64,000 nucleotides of DNA. Origin: Bacteroidales bacterium (GTDB lineage: Bacteria; Bacteroidota; Bacteroidia; Bacteroidales; UBA12170). The DNA is taken from contig JAGGWH010000103.1 in the NCBI GenBank assembly GCA_021157585.1, positions 23 through 64,022 of the forward strand. The letters run 5' to 3'. The notes below the pieces were generated by a model. It worked only from the letters and a program-made list of their open reading frames with translations, had not been told where the DNA came from and did not search any database. The position numbers and the translations under genes are program-made. Below are positions 8,266 to 18,135 of the stretch, one piece after another (positions within the stretch are counted from its first letter, which is position 1; each line of letters starts with the position of its first letter).

Positions 8266-10260
8266 TTATTTAAATTGAACTTCTACTACTTCTCCTGTTT
8301 CTACCTTAGTTTCTAAAAATATTTTGTTTTCGTTTAACACCTTTATTATCAACTTATCTTTTTCCCTTTTCACTTCAATATCAAAAGTCTGATTAAACGA
8401 TTTTACATTTCGTAATGCCATTGAATCCCATTGTTTTGGTAATCTTGGCGATAAGGAAAATGTATTAAGACCTCTTGGCCGTATTCCAAATACACCCTCG
8501 GTTACTACTCTGCAATATAAAGCACTTTCGGCTGATAAATGTCTCTGATTTCCTTCGGGGTATGCTTCAACCGGATATGGAACATGTTCACCTAATAAAC
8601 GTCTTTTAGAATAATATTGAAAAAAATCTATTGCGCGTTCAGTTTCTCCGGCTGCAAATACTCCTCTTAAAGCATATAAAGTAGCTCTGTCCCAAAAAGT
8701 AGTACTTCCCGATTCAGAAGCCAAACCATCTGAAGTCCAAAGTTTATCTGAAAACAAAGCATCTACAGTTTCTTTACTCCTTGTAAAAATATTAACGGTG
8801 AGAGGAGTACATATCCAGGCCCTTAAAGTATTATTCCCTTCATAATATCTATAAGTTTCAAATCCGGCAATATTATATCCAAAAAAATCTTCAATTGATT
8901 TTTTAATATCCTTAGCCTGTTTACTGTATTCTTTTAAAACAGAGGGATTTATATTTAACTCATTCCCCAACATTATAGCAGAAGTTAATGCATCGTAATA
9001 TAATGATGAAGTATTTAAGTTAGCATCACCTGCAGGAAATCGGCCTTCAAGCTCATCACTATCAGAGGCTACTACACCATTTTTATTAAGCTTTCTTTTG
9101 GAATATTCAAGACACCACTCAATTAAAGGCCAAAGTTCTCTTGCTGTACTTTCATTGCCATACGCCATAGCAAAACGAGAAGCACCATAGGCAATCATTG
9201 CCATATCGCCTCTGTCTCCGGCACCATTCCAAAAATCAGTTCCTTCAGCAATAATAGAGCTCGGAATTGGTTTGTACTCCGGATTAATATAGCTTGCAAA
9301 ATGTCTAAATGAATTAATTGCCGATTCATTTCCCTCTAAATTACCTAAAAATGGAAAAAATGGATTTGCATATTCTGCCTGATCATTTGCCCAAATGGCC
9401 GCATAATATCTTCCACCACCCGGACCATGCATCAATCCTCCTTTAGTCTGATAAATACTCTCTACTGCTCTTAACTTAGCAAATGAAAAAGTGGTGTTTA
9501 TAACCTTATCAGGAGATTCAAAAATTAAGTTTGAAAAAGTTTCATCTATAAGTTTTTCACGTTTCTTAAATTCGTAGTCGGGAGAAATATATGGTTCTTC
9601 AGTTCCTAGCTTTCGTCCTGAATATATCAATGCATATTCTAAATATTCATTTGGATTTAGAGTATAGTTGCCATGTTTATTTGACACAACTTTAACAATA
9701 TAAGATCCATAAACACCTTTATCAGCTTCAGTTATATGAGAAAGCTCAATCTTCGGAAGCTCAATATTAATTGATTTATCAGTAGAATTAACTATTTTGA
9801 CCTTATCAAAAAACAGAGCTTGATTAACAGATGGAAATAAACAGTGTTCTATTAAAATTCCGTCTGCTGTCTCTGAACGATAACTTAAAACTCCCTTTAT
9901 ATTAAAAATGTTTGGCTTTTCAACTACATCTTTAGCATTAATCTTTATTGAAGCAAATTCGCTATTGCCTATTTCGTATATCAGACTGGCATGAGTATCA
10001 TTTGGAATAGTTCTTAGCATAGGGAAAACCAACTGAACTTTTTGCTTAAGCTCACCTTCTCGTACACCATAGTGTACTATTGCAGAAATATGCAAACCGC
10101 TCATTTCTATATGATCCATATGCGAATCATTGGCTTTAACATACCATTCTATACTTCCATCATCTTTTAAAAACCATCGGGAAGCCCCTTGTGATTTCAC
10201 ATAAGGACTAAAGCATATAAAAAATGTAAATAGTATAATTATTTTGATTCCATTTAGCAT
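8266..10260 (-). CDS. secreted glycoside-hydrolase-like protein, probable (alpha/alpha)6-barrel; family unresolved
   Basis: 664 aa with a signal peptide (..FICFSPYVKSQ). The C-terminal half (GGRYYAAIWANDQAEYANPFF.., ..DSDELEGRFPAGDANLNTSSLYYDAL..) resembles six-hairpin glycosidases. It sits next to the GH97 gene. The coding call is strong but the family call is weak. Confidence 0.45.
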   Translation of the reverse strand: MLNGIKIIILFTFFICFSPYVKSQGASRWFLKDDGSIEWYVKANDSHMDHIEMSGLHISAIVHYGVREGELKQKVQLVFPMLRTIPNDTHASLIYEIGNSEFASIKINAKDVVEKPNIFNIKGVLSYRSETADGILIEHCLFPSVNQALFFDKVKIVNSTDKSINIELPKIELSHITEADKGVYGSYIVKVVSNKHGNYTLNPNEYLEYALIYSGRKLGTEEPYISPDYEFKKREKLIDETFSNLIFESPDKVINTTFSFAKLRAVESIYQTKGGLMHGPGGGRYYAAIWANDQAEYANPFFPFLGNLEGNESAINSFRHFASYINPEYKPIPSSIIAEGTDFWNGAGDRGDMAMIAYGASRFAMAYGNESTARELWPLIEWCLEYSKRKLNKNGVVASDSDELEGRFPAGDANLNTSSLYYDALTSAIMLGNELNINPSVLKEYSKQAKDIKKSIEDFFGYNIAGFETYRYYEGNNTLRAWICTPLTVNIFTRSKETVDALFSDKLWTSDGLASESGSTTFWDRATLYALRGVFAAGETERAIDFFQYYSKRRLLGEHVPYPVEAYPEGNQRHLSAESALYCRVVTEGVFGIRPRGLNTFSLSPRLPKQWDSMALRNVKSFNQTFDIEVKREKDKLIIKVLNENKIFLETKVETGEVVEVQFK

Positions 10261-10399
10261 ACAAATATTTTATTTAATGGTTAAAATTACTATATCTAAA
10301 TGCTTTATCCTATATTTCTGAGAAAAGTTATTTCTTAACAGAACGAGACAAACCAATATACTTAACAATTTGAATATAATATATTTGATATTTTTAAAT

Positions 10400-10932
10400 G
10401 TTTCCTGTTTTAGTCTTGATTTATTTTAAGGCTAATGTAGCATCCGACTCTTGTGCATACATAGTTGATTTGTTTGATACGTTGTTGATAGAGAATTTGG
10501 ACTTTTTCCTCTGCTCGGCTTAATCTGGAAATTAAACCATATTTGTGATTTGTATGTGATAAACAAAGAAGCTTAATCAGAAGATTAAGCTTAGCAGTGT
10601 TTTGCTTAGGAGCAATAAACTAGGGTTTCACTTTAAGTGAAGCCCTGACTCAAATCCCTAGGTTCGGTCTAATTTTTATCAAAATGTGTGTAAATTAGAT
10701 TAATCTTAGCATGGGTTTATATAAGATAATGAGCATTTTTTATTTTCAAAACACTTAACAACAAATTCGTTTTTTAGTTAAATGCAATTTGTGAGCGTAA
10801 AGTCAAAATAAAATTGGAGTTTTTGCATAGCCGGGGGGAACTTCCGTTATGCCCAAGCAAAAATAGCTTAATGACGAAAAGTGATAGTATTTTGATATTT
10901 CGTCATTAATAATCAAGACTAAAACCTGAAGC
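10400..10932. other. inverted-repeat-bounded non-coding segment (MITE-like element, sRNA locus or regulatory DNA; unresolved)
   Basis: GTTTTAGTCTTGATT at 10407-10421 is the exact reverse complement of 10911-10925. The match extends to 22 bp with 3 mismatches (10400-10421 vs 10911-10932). The interior holds a perfect 10-4-10 palindrome (10569-10592) and further hairpins. No ORF of 60 aa or more is present. Confidence 0.35.
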
Positions 10933-10940
10933 TTAGGCAT

Positions 10941-10969
10941 AAAAAAAGGGAATCAGTAAACTGATTCCC
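10941..10969 (-). terminator. rho-independent terminator of the tRNA-Ser/tRNA-Pro unit
   Basis: On the minus strand: GGGAATCAG-TTTA-CTGATTCCC followed by TTTTTTT, starting 6 nt after the tRNA-Pro 3' end. Confidence 0.8.
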
Positions 10970-10975
10970 TAAGGG

Positions 10976-11050
10976 TCGGGGTGGCAGGATTCGAACCTGC
11001 GACCTCCTGCTCCCAAAGCAGGCGCGCTAACCGGGCTACGCTACACCCCG
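10976..11050 (-). tRNA. tRNA-Pro (anticodon TGG)
   Basis: Hand-folded 75-nt cloverleaf: CGGGGTG acceptor stem, anticodon arm CCTGC-TTTGGGA-GCAGG, T arm GCAGG-TTCGAAT-CCTGC. CCA is not encoded. Confidence 0.9.
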
Positions 11051-11082
11051 AAATTTCAAGAACATTTTGCCATCATTTCAAA

Positions 11083-11174
<92 letters not shown>

Positions 11175-11216
11175 AGAGGTTTCAATGAACCAAAATGCTC
11201 TTTGCATTTGCGATTG

Positions 11217-11224
11217 CAAAAATA
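11217..11224 (-). promoter_or_regulatory. candidate -7 box (TATTTTTG) for the tRNA-Ser/Pro unit
   Basis: Exact TAnnTTTG on the minus strand, about 42 nt upstream of the tRNA-Ser 5' end. Confidence 0.35.
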
Positions 11225-11259
11225 AAGATTATTTTTAATCACACAAGCAATTCCAACAT

Positions 11260-11997
11260 TTAATTTAAAAGAAATTGAATATTGTCAGAACTGCTGTATT
11301 CTTTTGTTTGTTCTCCTTGTTTAAACACTCTCAAATTACGACTTCCAATATGTTTAATTGTATTTCCTTCAACTCGTAATAAACAAGCTTCACGCAGTCC
11401 GGCAACATAAATATCAGGATTAACAGCTAAAAATTCATTTATTCTCTGCTCACGTGTCTCTCCTCCATGTCCTTCAGGATTAGCATCTAAATAATGCGGA
11501 TTAATTTGAAAAGGAATAATATTCAAACATTCAAAACTTTCGGGCTCAATAATTGGCATATCGTTGGTAGTACGTAATGTTGGACAAGCAACATTAGAAC
11601 CTGCACTCCAACCCATATATGGTAAACCTTCAAGCACTCTTTCGCGAATAGCATCCATAATATTCATTTTATGCATCATATAAACCAAATGAAAAGTGTT
11701 TCCTCCGCCTACAGCAATAGCTTCAGCTTCCTGAACAGCTTTAACTGCATCTGCTTCGCGATGTATAGAATACAAATCGTAACCTAATTCAGCAAATACT
11801 TCCTTTACTCTAATTTCATAAGCATCAAAACTTGCCATTAGTCCGTCATCAGAAAGATTAACGCCTGCATAAGGAATAAACAAAACTCTCTTAGCTGTTG
11901 TTTCTTTTAAAAACGATTTAATATATTCGCGTGGCCAACTCAAATAAGCTTCGCCATAATTTGTTGAATTACTGATTAATAAAAGATTTCTCTTCAT
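11260..11997 (-). CDS. pepE: dipeptidase E (peptidase family S51)
   Basis: The track start at 12033 is a TTG. The ATG at 11997 gives MKRNLLLISNSTNYGEAYL... A GGGNTF motif and a size of about 245 aa fit PepE. Confidence 0.8.
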   Translation of the reverse strand: MKRNLLLISNSTNYGEAYLSWPREYIKSFLKETTAKRVLFIPYAGVNLSDDGLMASFDAYEIRVKEVFAELGYDLYSIHREADAVKAVQEAEAIAVGGGNTFHLVYMMHKMNIMDAIRERVLEGLPYMGWSAGSNVACPTLRTTNDMPIIEPESFECLNIIPFQINPHYLDANPEGHGGETREQRINEFLAVNPDIYVAGLREACLLRVEGNTIKHIGSRNLRVFKQGEQTKEYSSSDNIQFLLN

Positions 11998-12089
11998 AAT
12001 ATTTTTCTTTAAGTACAGTGTTTGTATCTGCAATAAAAGTACAGCTTTTGACTGGATTTATTTTTAAAAAAAGGAAGAATTTTGAAATG

Positions 12090-12226
12090 ATGTGCTGAAC
12101 TTCGACAAGCTCAGTTTGAAATGTGATGATGTGATAATGAGATGATAGGATAATGGGATGAAAAAGTAAAATAATGGATAAAACTTTAAACTCTGAACTT
12201 TAAACTTTGAACTTTAAACTCTAAGC
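12090..12226. repeat. composite intergenic repeat block (family B core plus short-word repeats)
   Basis: GCTGAACTTCGACAAGCTCAG core, then GATGAT/GATAAT-type words (12121-12175), then AACTTTAAACT/AACTTTGAACT words (12181-12226) running up to the stop of the next gene. Confidence 0.7.
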
Positions 12227-13147
12227 TCAAAGAACCATATCATCATAACGCAAAATGGTACTTTTGCCTTTCGATTTAAAATAATCGCGCAAACGACTTT
12301 CTGGTCCATTATAAGTAGCCATAACAAAATCGCCACCCCAAGCACCCAGCGACTTAATTTCACCGGGGAAGTCGGAAAAGAATTGTTTTTTAATACGATC
12401 TATTCCCAAAATTTTTGAAATTATATTTTCGTGTTCAAGCAATGCTTTTTCAAAATCGATAAGATTTTTTGCTCCTGCAATTATTCTACTGAGATTTGAA
12501 ATTTCATTAACATCGCTTTGCTTAGCTTTTACTTTCGATTTATAGTCAGTAACGCTCTCTTCAGAATTTTTCTTGCGGTTTAGATGCACAAAATAAAGCT
12601 GATCTTTAAATTGAGGTTGAAAATCGACAGTAGAAATTTCGGGTTGTCCATCGACTAACTGATAAAATATCGGACTATCTGAGCGTGCAGTAGCAACATC
12701 AAAACCGGAGCCGTTGGAGGTTTCTTTAGAAAGGCTTATAGGGTCTACATCTAACCAATATCCAATATTGGAAAGTAATGTTGAACTGCTTCCAAGACCC
12801 CAATTTTTATCGAAATCGAGATTGGTACGAATAAGTATTCCTTTTTGATTATCGACATCTATATTTCCTAACTCAAAAGCTTTTTTAAGTATTTTCTTTA
12901 AATGTAGAGCAAGTTTTTGATCGTTAGTATGAATAATATTAAAAAGTCGAGAACCAAAACTTACGTGTAACCAACCTTTATTTAGCACATATGATTCCCA
13001 TCTGATTCCCGAGAAATCTTCGTGTAAACTAACATCAAGACGCTGACCATACTTTGTGGGTACGGCCATAGCCAATGCTCCGTCAAGTACCAAATATTCA
13101 CCTGAGATTAGTAATTTTCCGTTGGAATGAAAAGCGGATATATTCAC
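12227..13147 (-). CDS. GYDIA-family GHMP kinase (candidate phosphomevalonate kinase)
   Basis: 306 aa with a GTG start 5 nt after the HMG-CoA reductase stop and no upstream ATG in frame. N-terminus is GKLLISGEYLVLDGA. A GSGFDVATA motif sits at the GYDIA position, and a GLGSSS GHMP phosphate-binding loop is present. Confidence 0.7.
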   Translation of the reverse strand: MNISAFHSNGKLLISGEYLVLDGALAMAVPTKYGQRLDVSLHEDFSGIRWESYVLNKGWLHVSFGSRLFNIIHTNDQKLALHLKKILKKAFELGNIDVDNQKGILIRTNLDFDKNWGLGSSSTLLSNIGYWLDVDPISLSKETSNGSGFDVATARSDSPIFYQLVDGQPEISTVDFQPQFKDQLYFVHLNRKKNSEESVTDYKSKVKAKQSDVNEISNLSRIIAGAKNLIDFEKALLEHENIISKILGIDRIKKQFFSDFPGEIKSLGAWGGDFVMATYNGPESRLRDYFKSKGKSTILRYDDMVL

Positions 13148-13152
13148 TTTGT

Positions 13153-14469
13153 TTATTTTCGTACTGTTTTCAAAAATGTTTCTACAGCATTAAACGACAC
13201 CTTTTCAGTTTTAAAATATTCAACAGCAGCATCTTTCTCTTCCTCTGTCGCGCCAAAGGTATTTAAAATATTTAACAAATGCATCTTCATATGCCCTTTT
13301 TGTATCCCTTTAGTTGTTAAAGACCTTAGAGCGCCAAAATTATTAGCTAGTCCGGCAACTGCAGATATCTGCATTAAATCTTCAGCAGAAGGATCTCCAA
13401 GTAATTCAAGAGTAAATTTCGCGAGAGGATGTAAACTGGTTAAACCACCTACTGTTCCTAATGAAATTGGGAGTAATAAAGAGTATCTAAAAATTCCATT
13501 TTCGACTTTAAGTTGAGTTAAACTTCGATATTGGCCATCGCGAGCCGCAAAAGTATGACCACAAGCTTCAACGGCTCTAAAGTCGTTTCCGGTAGCTAAG
13601 ACTACTGCATCTATTCCGTTAAAAATTCCTTTATTATGAGTGGTTGCTCTGTGAGGATCAACGGTAGCAATTTGCACGGCTTTTTCAAATTTCCACACAA
13701 ATTCTTCTGCTGTCATATCTGCATCCATAACTTCAAACTCTTCAACAGGGCATTCTACCCAGGCTTCTACCAAACATTCGGGAGTATAGTTAGAAAGGAT
13801 AGACATAATTACATTGACTTCCTTTTCGGATATTTCTTTTTTTCGAGCGATAAAGGTCCTTAAAATATCGGCAAATTCTTCCAGACAAGAATTAATAAAA
13901 TTAGCACCCATAGCATCAAGGGTGTTAAATTTAGCTTTTAATTGATAATAATCCGGAATTTCATTCCTCATATCTACCAATTCAATATCTAAAATTCCAC
14001 CACCACGCTCACGCATATTTTTAGTGATCTCATTAGTCCCTTTTATAAGTTCTTGTTTTAATTCGGAGAAATTAGCTTCTAATTCTTCTTTTTTCCCCTT
14101 CCATAAGAAATGAACTTGTCCGATTTTAGTTGTTGATATAATACGTGTATGAAAGCCTCCGCGTGTTGACCAGAATTTTGCACTATTAGATGCAGCAGCC
14201 ACAACAGAACTTTCTTCAATAACCATCGGAATTAAATAATTCTTCCCGTTAATAACGGCATTTGGAGCAATACCAAAAGGAAAATGAAAATTCGAAATTG
14301 TATTCTCGCTAAATTCATCAAATAAATCTTGCAGTGCTTCATCTTTAAACCAAAAAGAAGATAGCAAATCACTAATCTCTTTTGGGTTCTCGAAATACTG
14401 GGTTACTTCTTTTATTTTATCTGATTTGGAAAGTTTATAAAAACCTTTTATTTCCTTTTTTTCTTGCAT
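13153..14469 (-). CDS. mvaA: hydroxymethylglutaryl-CoA reductase, class II
   Basis: 438 aa. Motifs PMVIEESSVVAAAS, LDAMGANFIN and a C-terminal GHMKMH flap region are typical of class II HMGR. Confidence 0.85.
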   Translation of the reverse strand: MQEKKEIKGFYKLSKSDKIKEVTQYFENPKEISDLLSSFWFKDEALQDLFDEFSENTISNFHFPFGIAPNAVINGKNYLIPMVIEESSVVAAASNSAKFWSTRGGFHTRIISTTKIGQVHFLWKGKKEELEANFSELKQELIKGTNEITKNMRERGGGILDIELVDMRNEIPDYYQLKAKFNTLDAMGANFINSCLEEFADILRTFIARKKEISEKEVNVIMSILSNYTPECLVEAWVECPVEEFEVMDADMTAEEFVWKFEKAVQIATVDPHRATTHNKGIFNGIDAVVLATGNDFRAVEACGHTFAARDGQYRSLTQLKVENGIFRYSLLLPISLGTVGGLTSLHPLAKFTLELLGDPSAEDLMQISAVAGLANNFGALRSLTTKGIQKGHMKMHLLNILNTFGATEEEKDAAVEYFKTEKVSFNAVETFLKTVRK

Positions 14470-15458
14470 TACTGTCTAATTGTTAAATAGGAGTTAGCTA
14501 GTAATAAACCTTTTTTTAGGTTTAAAACATAGTCGCTTAATTGTTTATAGTCGCCTTGAGCATATTTTAAAAAGGCTGAAGCTTGACCGAATACAGCCGG
14601 ATATTTTATTTTTTCTATTAAATAATAACCTTCTAACCAATTGCTTATACCTCCGGAAATAATAATATTTTTCTCATGCATTATGGAATAAGGTAATCCG
14701 TTTAAATAATCTACCATTTCTTCGGCAGTATGACCAACAGTAGATAATGGATTTAATATTTCTTGTTTAAGCTCATCTGAACGATATAATTCCATCTGAG
14801 CAAAATTTGTTCCTCCAAAGGCTCCGAACTCTATTCCTGCTAAGTCCAAATCCATTAAAGCTTCTATACTTTTGGGTCCCATACCCTGACCTACTTCTTT
14901 TACTAAAACAGGAAAATCCACTTTCTCTAATAATCTTTCCATTATTTCAATTGGCGAAAGTCGAAATCGATCACCTTCCGGTTGAAGATATTCTTGAATT
15001 GGGTTAAGATGAACAAAAAGACCATCAGCATCTAATAGCTTAACCATTTGCTGCAGCTTTTCTATTTCATCTTTTTCAAGTAACTCTTCTATTTGTGCAA
15101 TACCCAAATTAGCTACAAGAGGTAAATCGTCACCAATTATGGAACGCATGTTAAAATCGGATAGACGGGAATCGTCTTCCAAGAGAGGACGACAAGAGCC
15201 TAATCCCATTCCCATTCCATATTCGCGACAAACTTTTGCTAAATTGGTATTTATATGTTTTGCTTTAGCTGTTCCTCCGGTCATACTGGAAACCCAAATA
15301 GGCAACCTTAGCTTTTTATTAAGAAAATCTTGCACTTGCAACTCCTCTGCGGGATGTGCACTTAAAGCAGGCTCGTAATAAAATCTTTTATTTAATAATT
15401 CTTTACTGAATTGTGAGCGTAAAGCTAAATCAATATGATCTTTTTTTCTTGATTCCAT
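14469..15458 (-). CDS. fni: type 2 isopentenyl-diphosphate delta-isomerase (FMN-dependent)
   Basis: The track start at 15470 is a TTG. The ATG at 15458 gives MESRKKDHIDLAL... A WVSSMTGGT motif is present. Its stop overlaps the mvaA ATG by 1 nt (TAATG). Confidence 0.85.
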   Translation of the reverse strand: MESRKKDHIDLALRSQFSKELLNKRFYYEPALSAHPAEELQVQDFLNKKLRLPIWVSSMTGGTAKAKHINTNLAKVCREYGMGMGLGSCRPLLEDDSRLSDFNMRSIIGDDLPLVANLGIAQIEELLEKDEIEKLQQMVKLLDADGLFVHLNPIQEYLQPEGDRFRLSPIEIMERLLEKVDFPVLVKEVGQGMGPKSIEALMDLDLAGIEFGAFGGTNFAQMELYRSDELKQEILNPLSTVGHTAEEMVDYLNGLPYSIMHEKNIIISGGISNWLEGYYLIEKIKYPAVFGQASAFLKYAQGDYKQLSDYVLNLKKGLLLANSYLTIRQ

Positions 15459-15534
15459 AATTATCGACAAATATACGGAATTCAGGAAAGTATCAATCAG
15501 ACATAATAATAATTTGAGCTAATGACTTTATAAA

Positions 15535-15627
15535 CTCTGAGAAACTCTGCGTTTTCTTTGAGAAACTTTGTGCTATAGCTATTACACAAAGAAACACAGA
15601 GAAACCACTAAGATTCACAGAGAAATC
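15535..15627. repeat. composite intergenic repeat, family A, copy 2
   Basis: Direct repeats CTCTGAGAAACTCTGCG (15535-15551) and CTTTGAGAAACTTTGTG (15556-15572). These are followed by the partially complementary CACAAAGAAACACAGAGAAACCACTAAGATTCACAGAGAAATC (15585-15627). Layout and orientation match 782-879. Confidence 0.7.
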
Positions 15628-15644
15628 TTAAGCTGAAGAAACGA

Positions 15645-15680
15645 ATAAAAAAGAAAAGCCCCAGCGATAAACTGGAGCTT
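15645..15680 (-). terminator. rho-independent terminator of groEL
   Basis: Minus-strand hairpin AAGCUCCAG-UUUAUCG-CUGGGGCUU. Its single non-Watson-Crick pair is a U-G wobble only on the minus strand. A U-rich tail follows. Confidence 0.7.
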
Positions 15681-15717
15681 TTGGAAATATATATGGAATT
15701 TTAATGTGTTCTTAATG

Positions 15718-17379
<1,662 letters not shown>

Positions 17380-17400
17380 CTATTTATTATATTTTTATTA

Positions 17401-17670
17401 TTAAATAATTGCTAAAATTTCAGATTCTTCTATTATTAAATAATCAGCACCTTCTAAATTCACTTCAGTACCAACAAATTTACCATAAAGAACAGTATCG
17501 TCAATCTTAACTGTTAGTCCTTTGTCATCAGTTCCCTTTCCAACAGCAATAACCTTTCCTTTTAAAGGTTTTTCTTTTGCAGTATCCGGAATAATAATGC
17601 CTCCTGCTGTTATTTCTTCAGCATCTAATGGCTTTACTAAAACTCTATTTCCTAGTGGTTGTATTTTCAT
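17401..17670 (-). CDS. groES: co-chaperonin GroES
   Basis: 89 aa ([14 protein letters not shown]..) immediately upstream of groEL. Confidence 0.95.
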   Translation of the reverse strand: MKIQPLGNRVLVKPLDAEEITAGGIIIPDTAKEKPLKGKVIAVGKGTDDKGLTVKIDDTVLYGKFVGTEVNLEGADYLIIEESEILAII

Positions 17671-17732
17671 TTCTAGTTTCTTTTAATAGTTAACAGAACG
17701 GAATTTATCTAATATTGTGCCAAAGGAAAAAG

Positions 17733-17769
17733 CAAAAAAAAATGTCAGATTGTGTGACAATCTGACATT
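17733..17769 (-). terminator. rho-independent terminator of secG
   Basis: 12-bp stem AATGTCAGATTG/CAATCTGACATT with a 5-nt loop (17741-17769), followed on the minus strand by a 9-nt T run. Confidence 0.8.
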
Positions 17770-17790
17770 TTATAAATTTCTTTATCTTGA

Positions 17791-18117
17791 TTATTTTTTA
17801 TCAGCAGGAGGAGCTTGAAAATCGATAGGTTGTGTATTTTCAATCTGATCACGCAATTCGGTATCAATAGTACCTTCAACATTATTTGAACGAGGGATTA
17901 CAAATATTGAAAATAAACTTAAAACAAGTAAAATAATTGCTAATGTCCAAGTTGATTTTTCAAGAAAGTCAGCAGTTTTACGAACACCCATATATTGATT
18001 GTTACCGGAAAAATTGGAAGCTAAACCTCCACCTTTTGAATTCTGCACCAAAACAACCAACATTAGTAAAACACTAGTTATCAAAATTAAAACTGAAACA
18101 ATTATATAAGCACCCAT
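17791..18117 (-). CDS. secG: preprotein translocase subunit SecG
   Basis: 108 aa with two TM helices and a LVVLVQNSKGGGLASNFSG signature. Confidence 0.8.
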   Translation of the reverse strand: MGAYIIVSVLILITSVLLMLVVLVQNSKGGGLASNFSGNNQYMGVRKTADFLEKSTWTLAIILLVLSLFSIFVIPRSNNVEGTIDTELRDQIENTQPIDFQAPPADKK

Positions 18118-18135
18118 TGCTTTGTATTTTTTTAA

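Noticed and set aside
10499-10511. GAGGAAAAAGTCC on the minus strand, reminiscent of the RNase P RNA GAGGAAAGUCC box. I also checked the 715-bp block for tmRNA and SRP RNA.
   Set aside because: The box has two extra A residues and is not followed by GGGC. None of the other universally conserved RNase P, tmRNA (tRNA-like ..TCCACCA end) or SRP (GGAAGCAG) signatures are present in the region.
10789-10802. 14-mer TTGTGAGCGTAAAG shared between the non-coding block and the fni coding region (15411-15424)
   Set aside because: Several exact 14-mer matches are expected by chance among all position pairs in 64 kb of AT-rich DNA, and there is no flanking similarity.
17703-17724. Sigma-54-like -24 element (TTGGCAC on the minus strand) upstream of groES, near a sigma-54 activator gene
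   Set aside because: The -12 position reads TAGA where TTGC is expected, five nt downstream (TGGCAC-AATAT-TAGA). Only the -24 half matches, so this is most likely chance.
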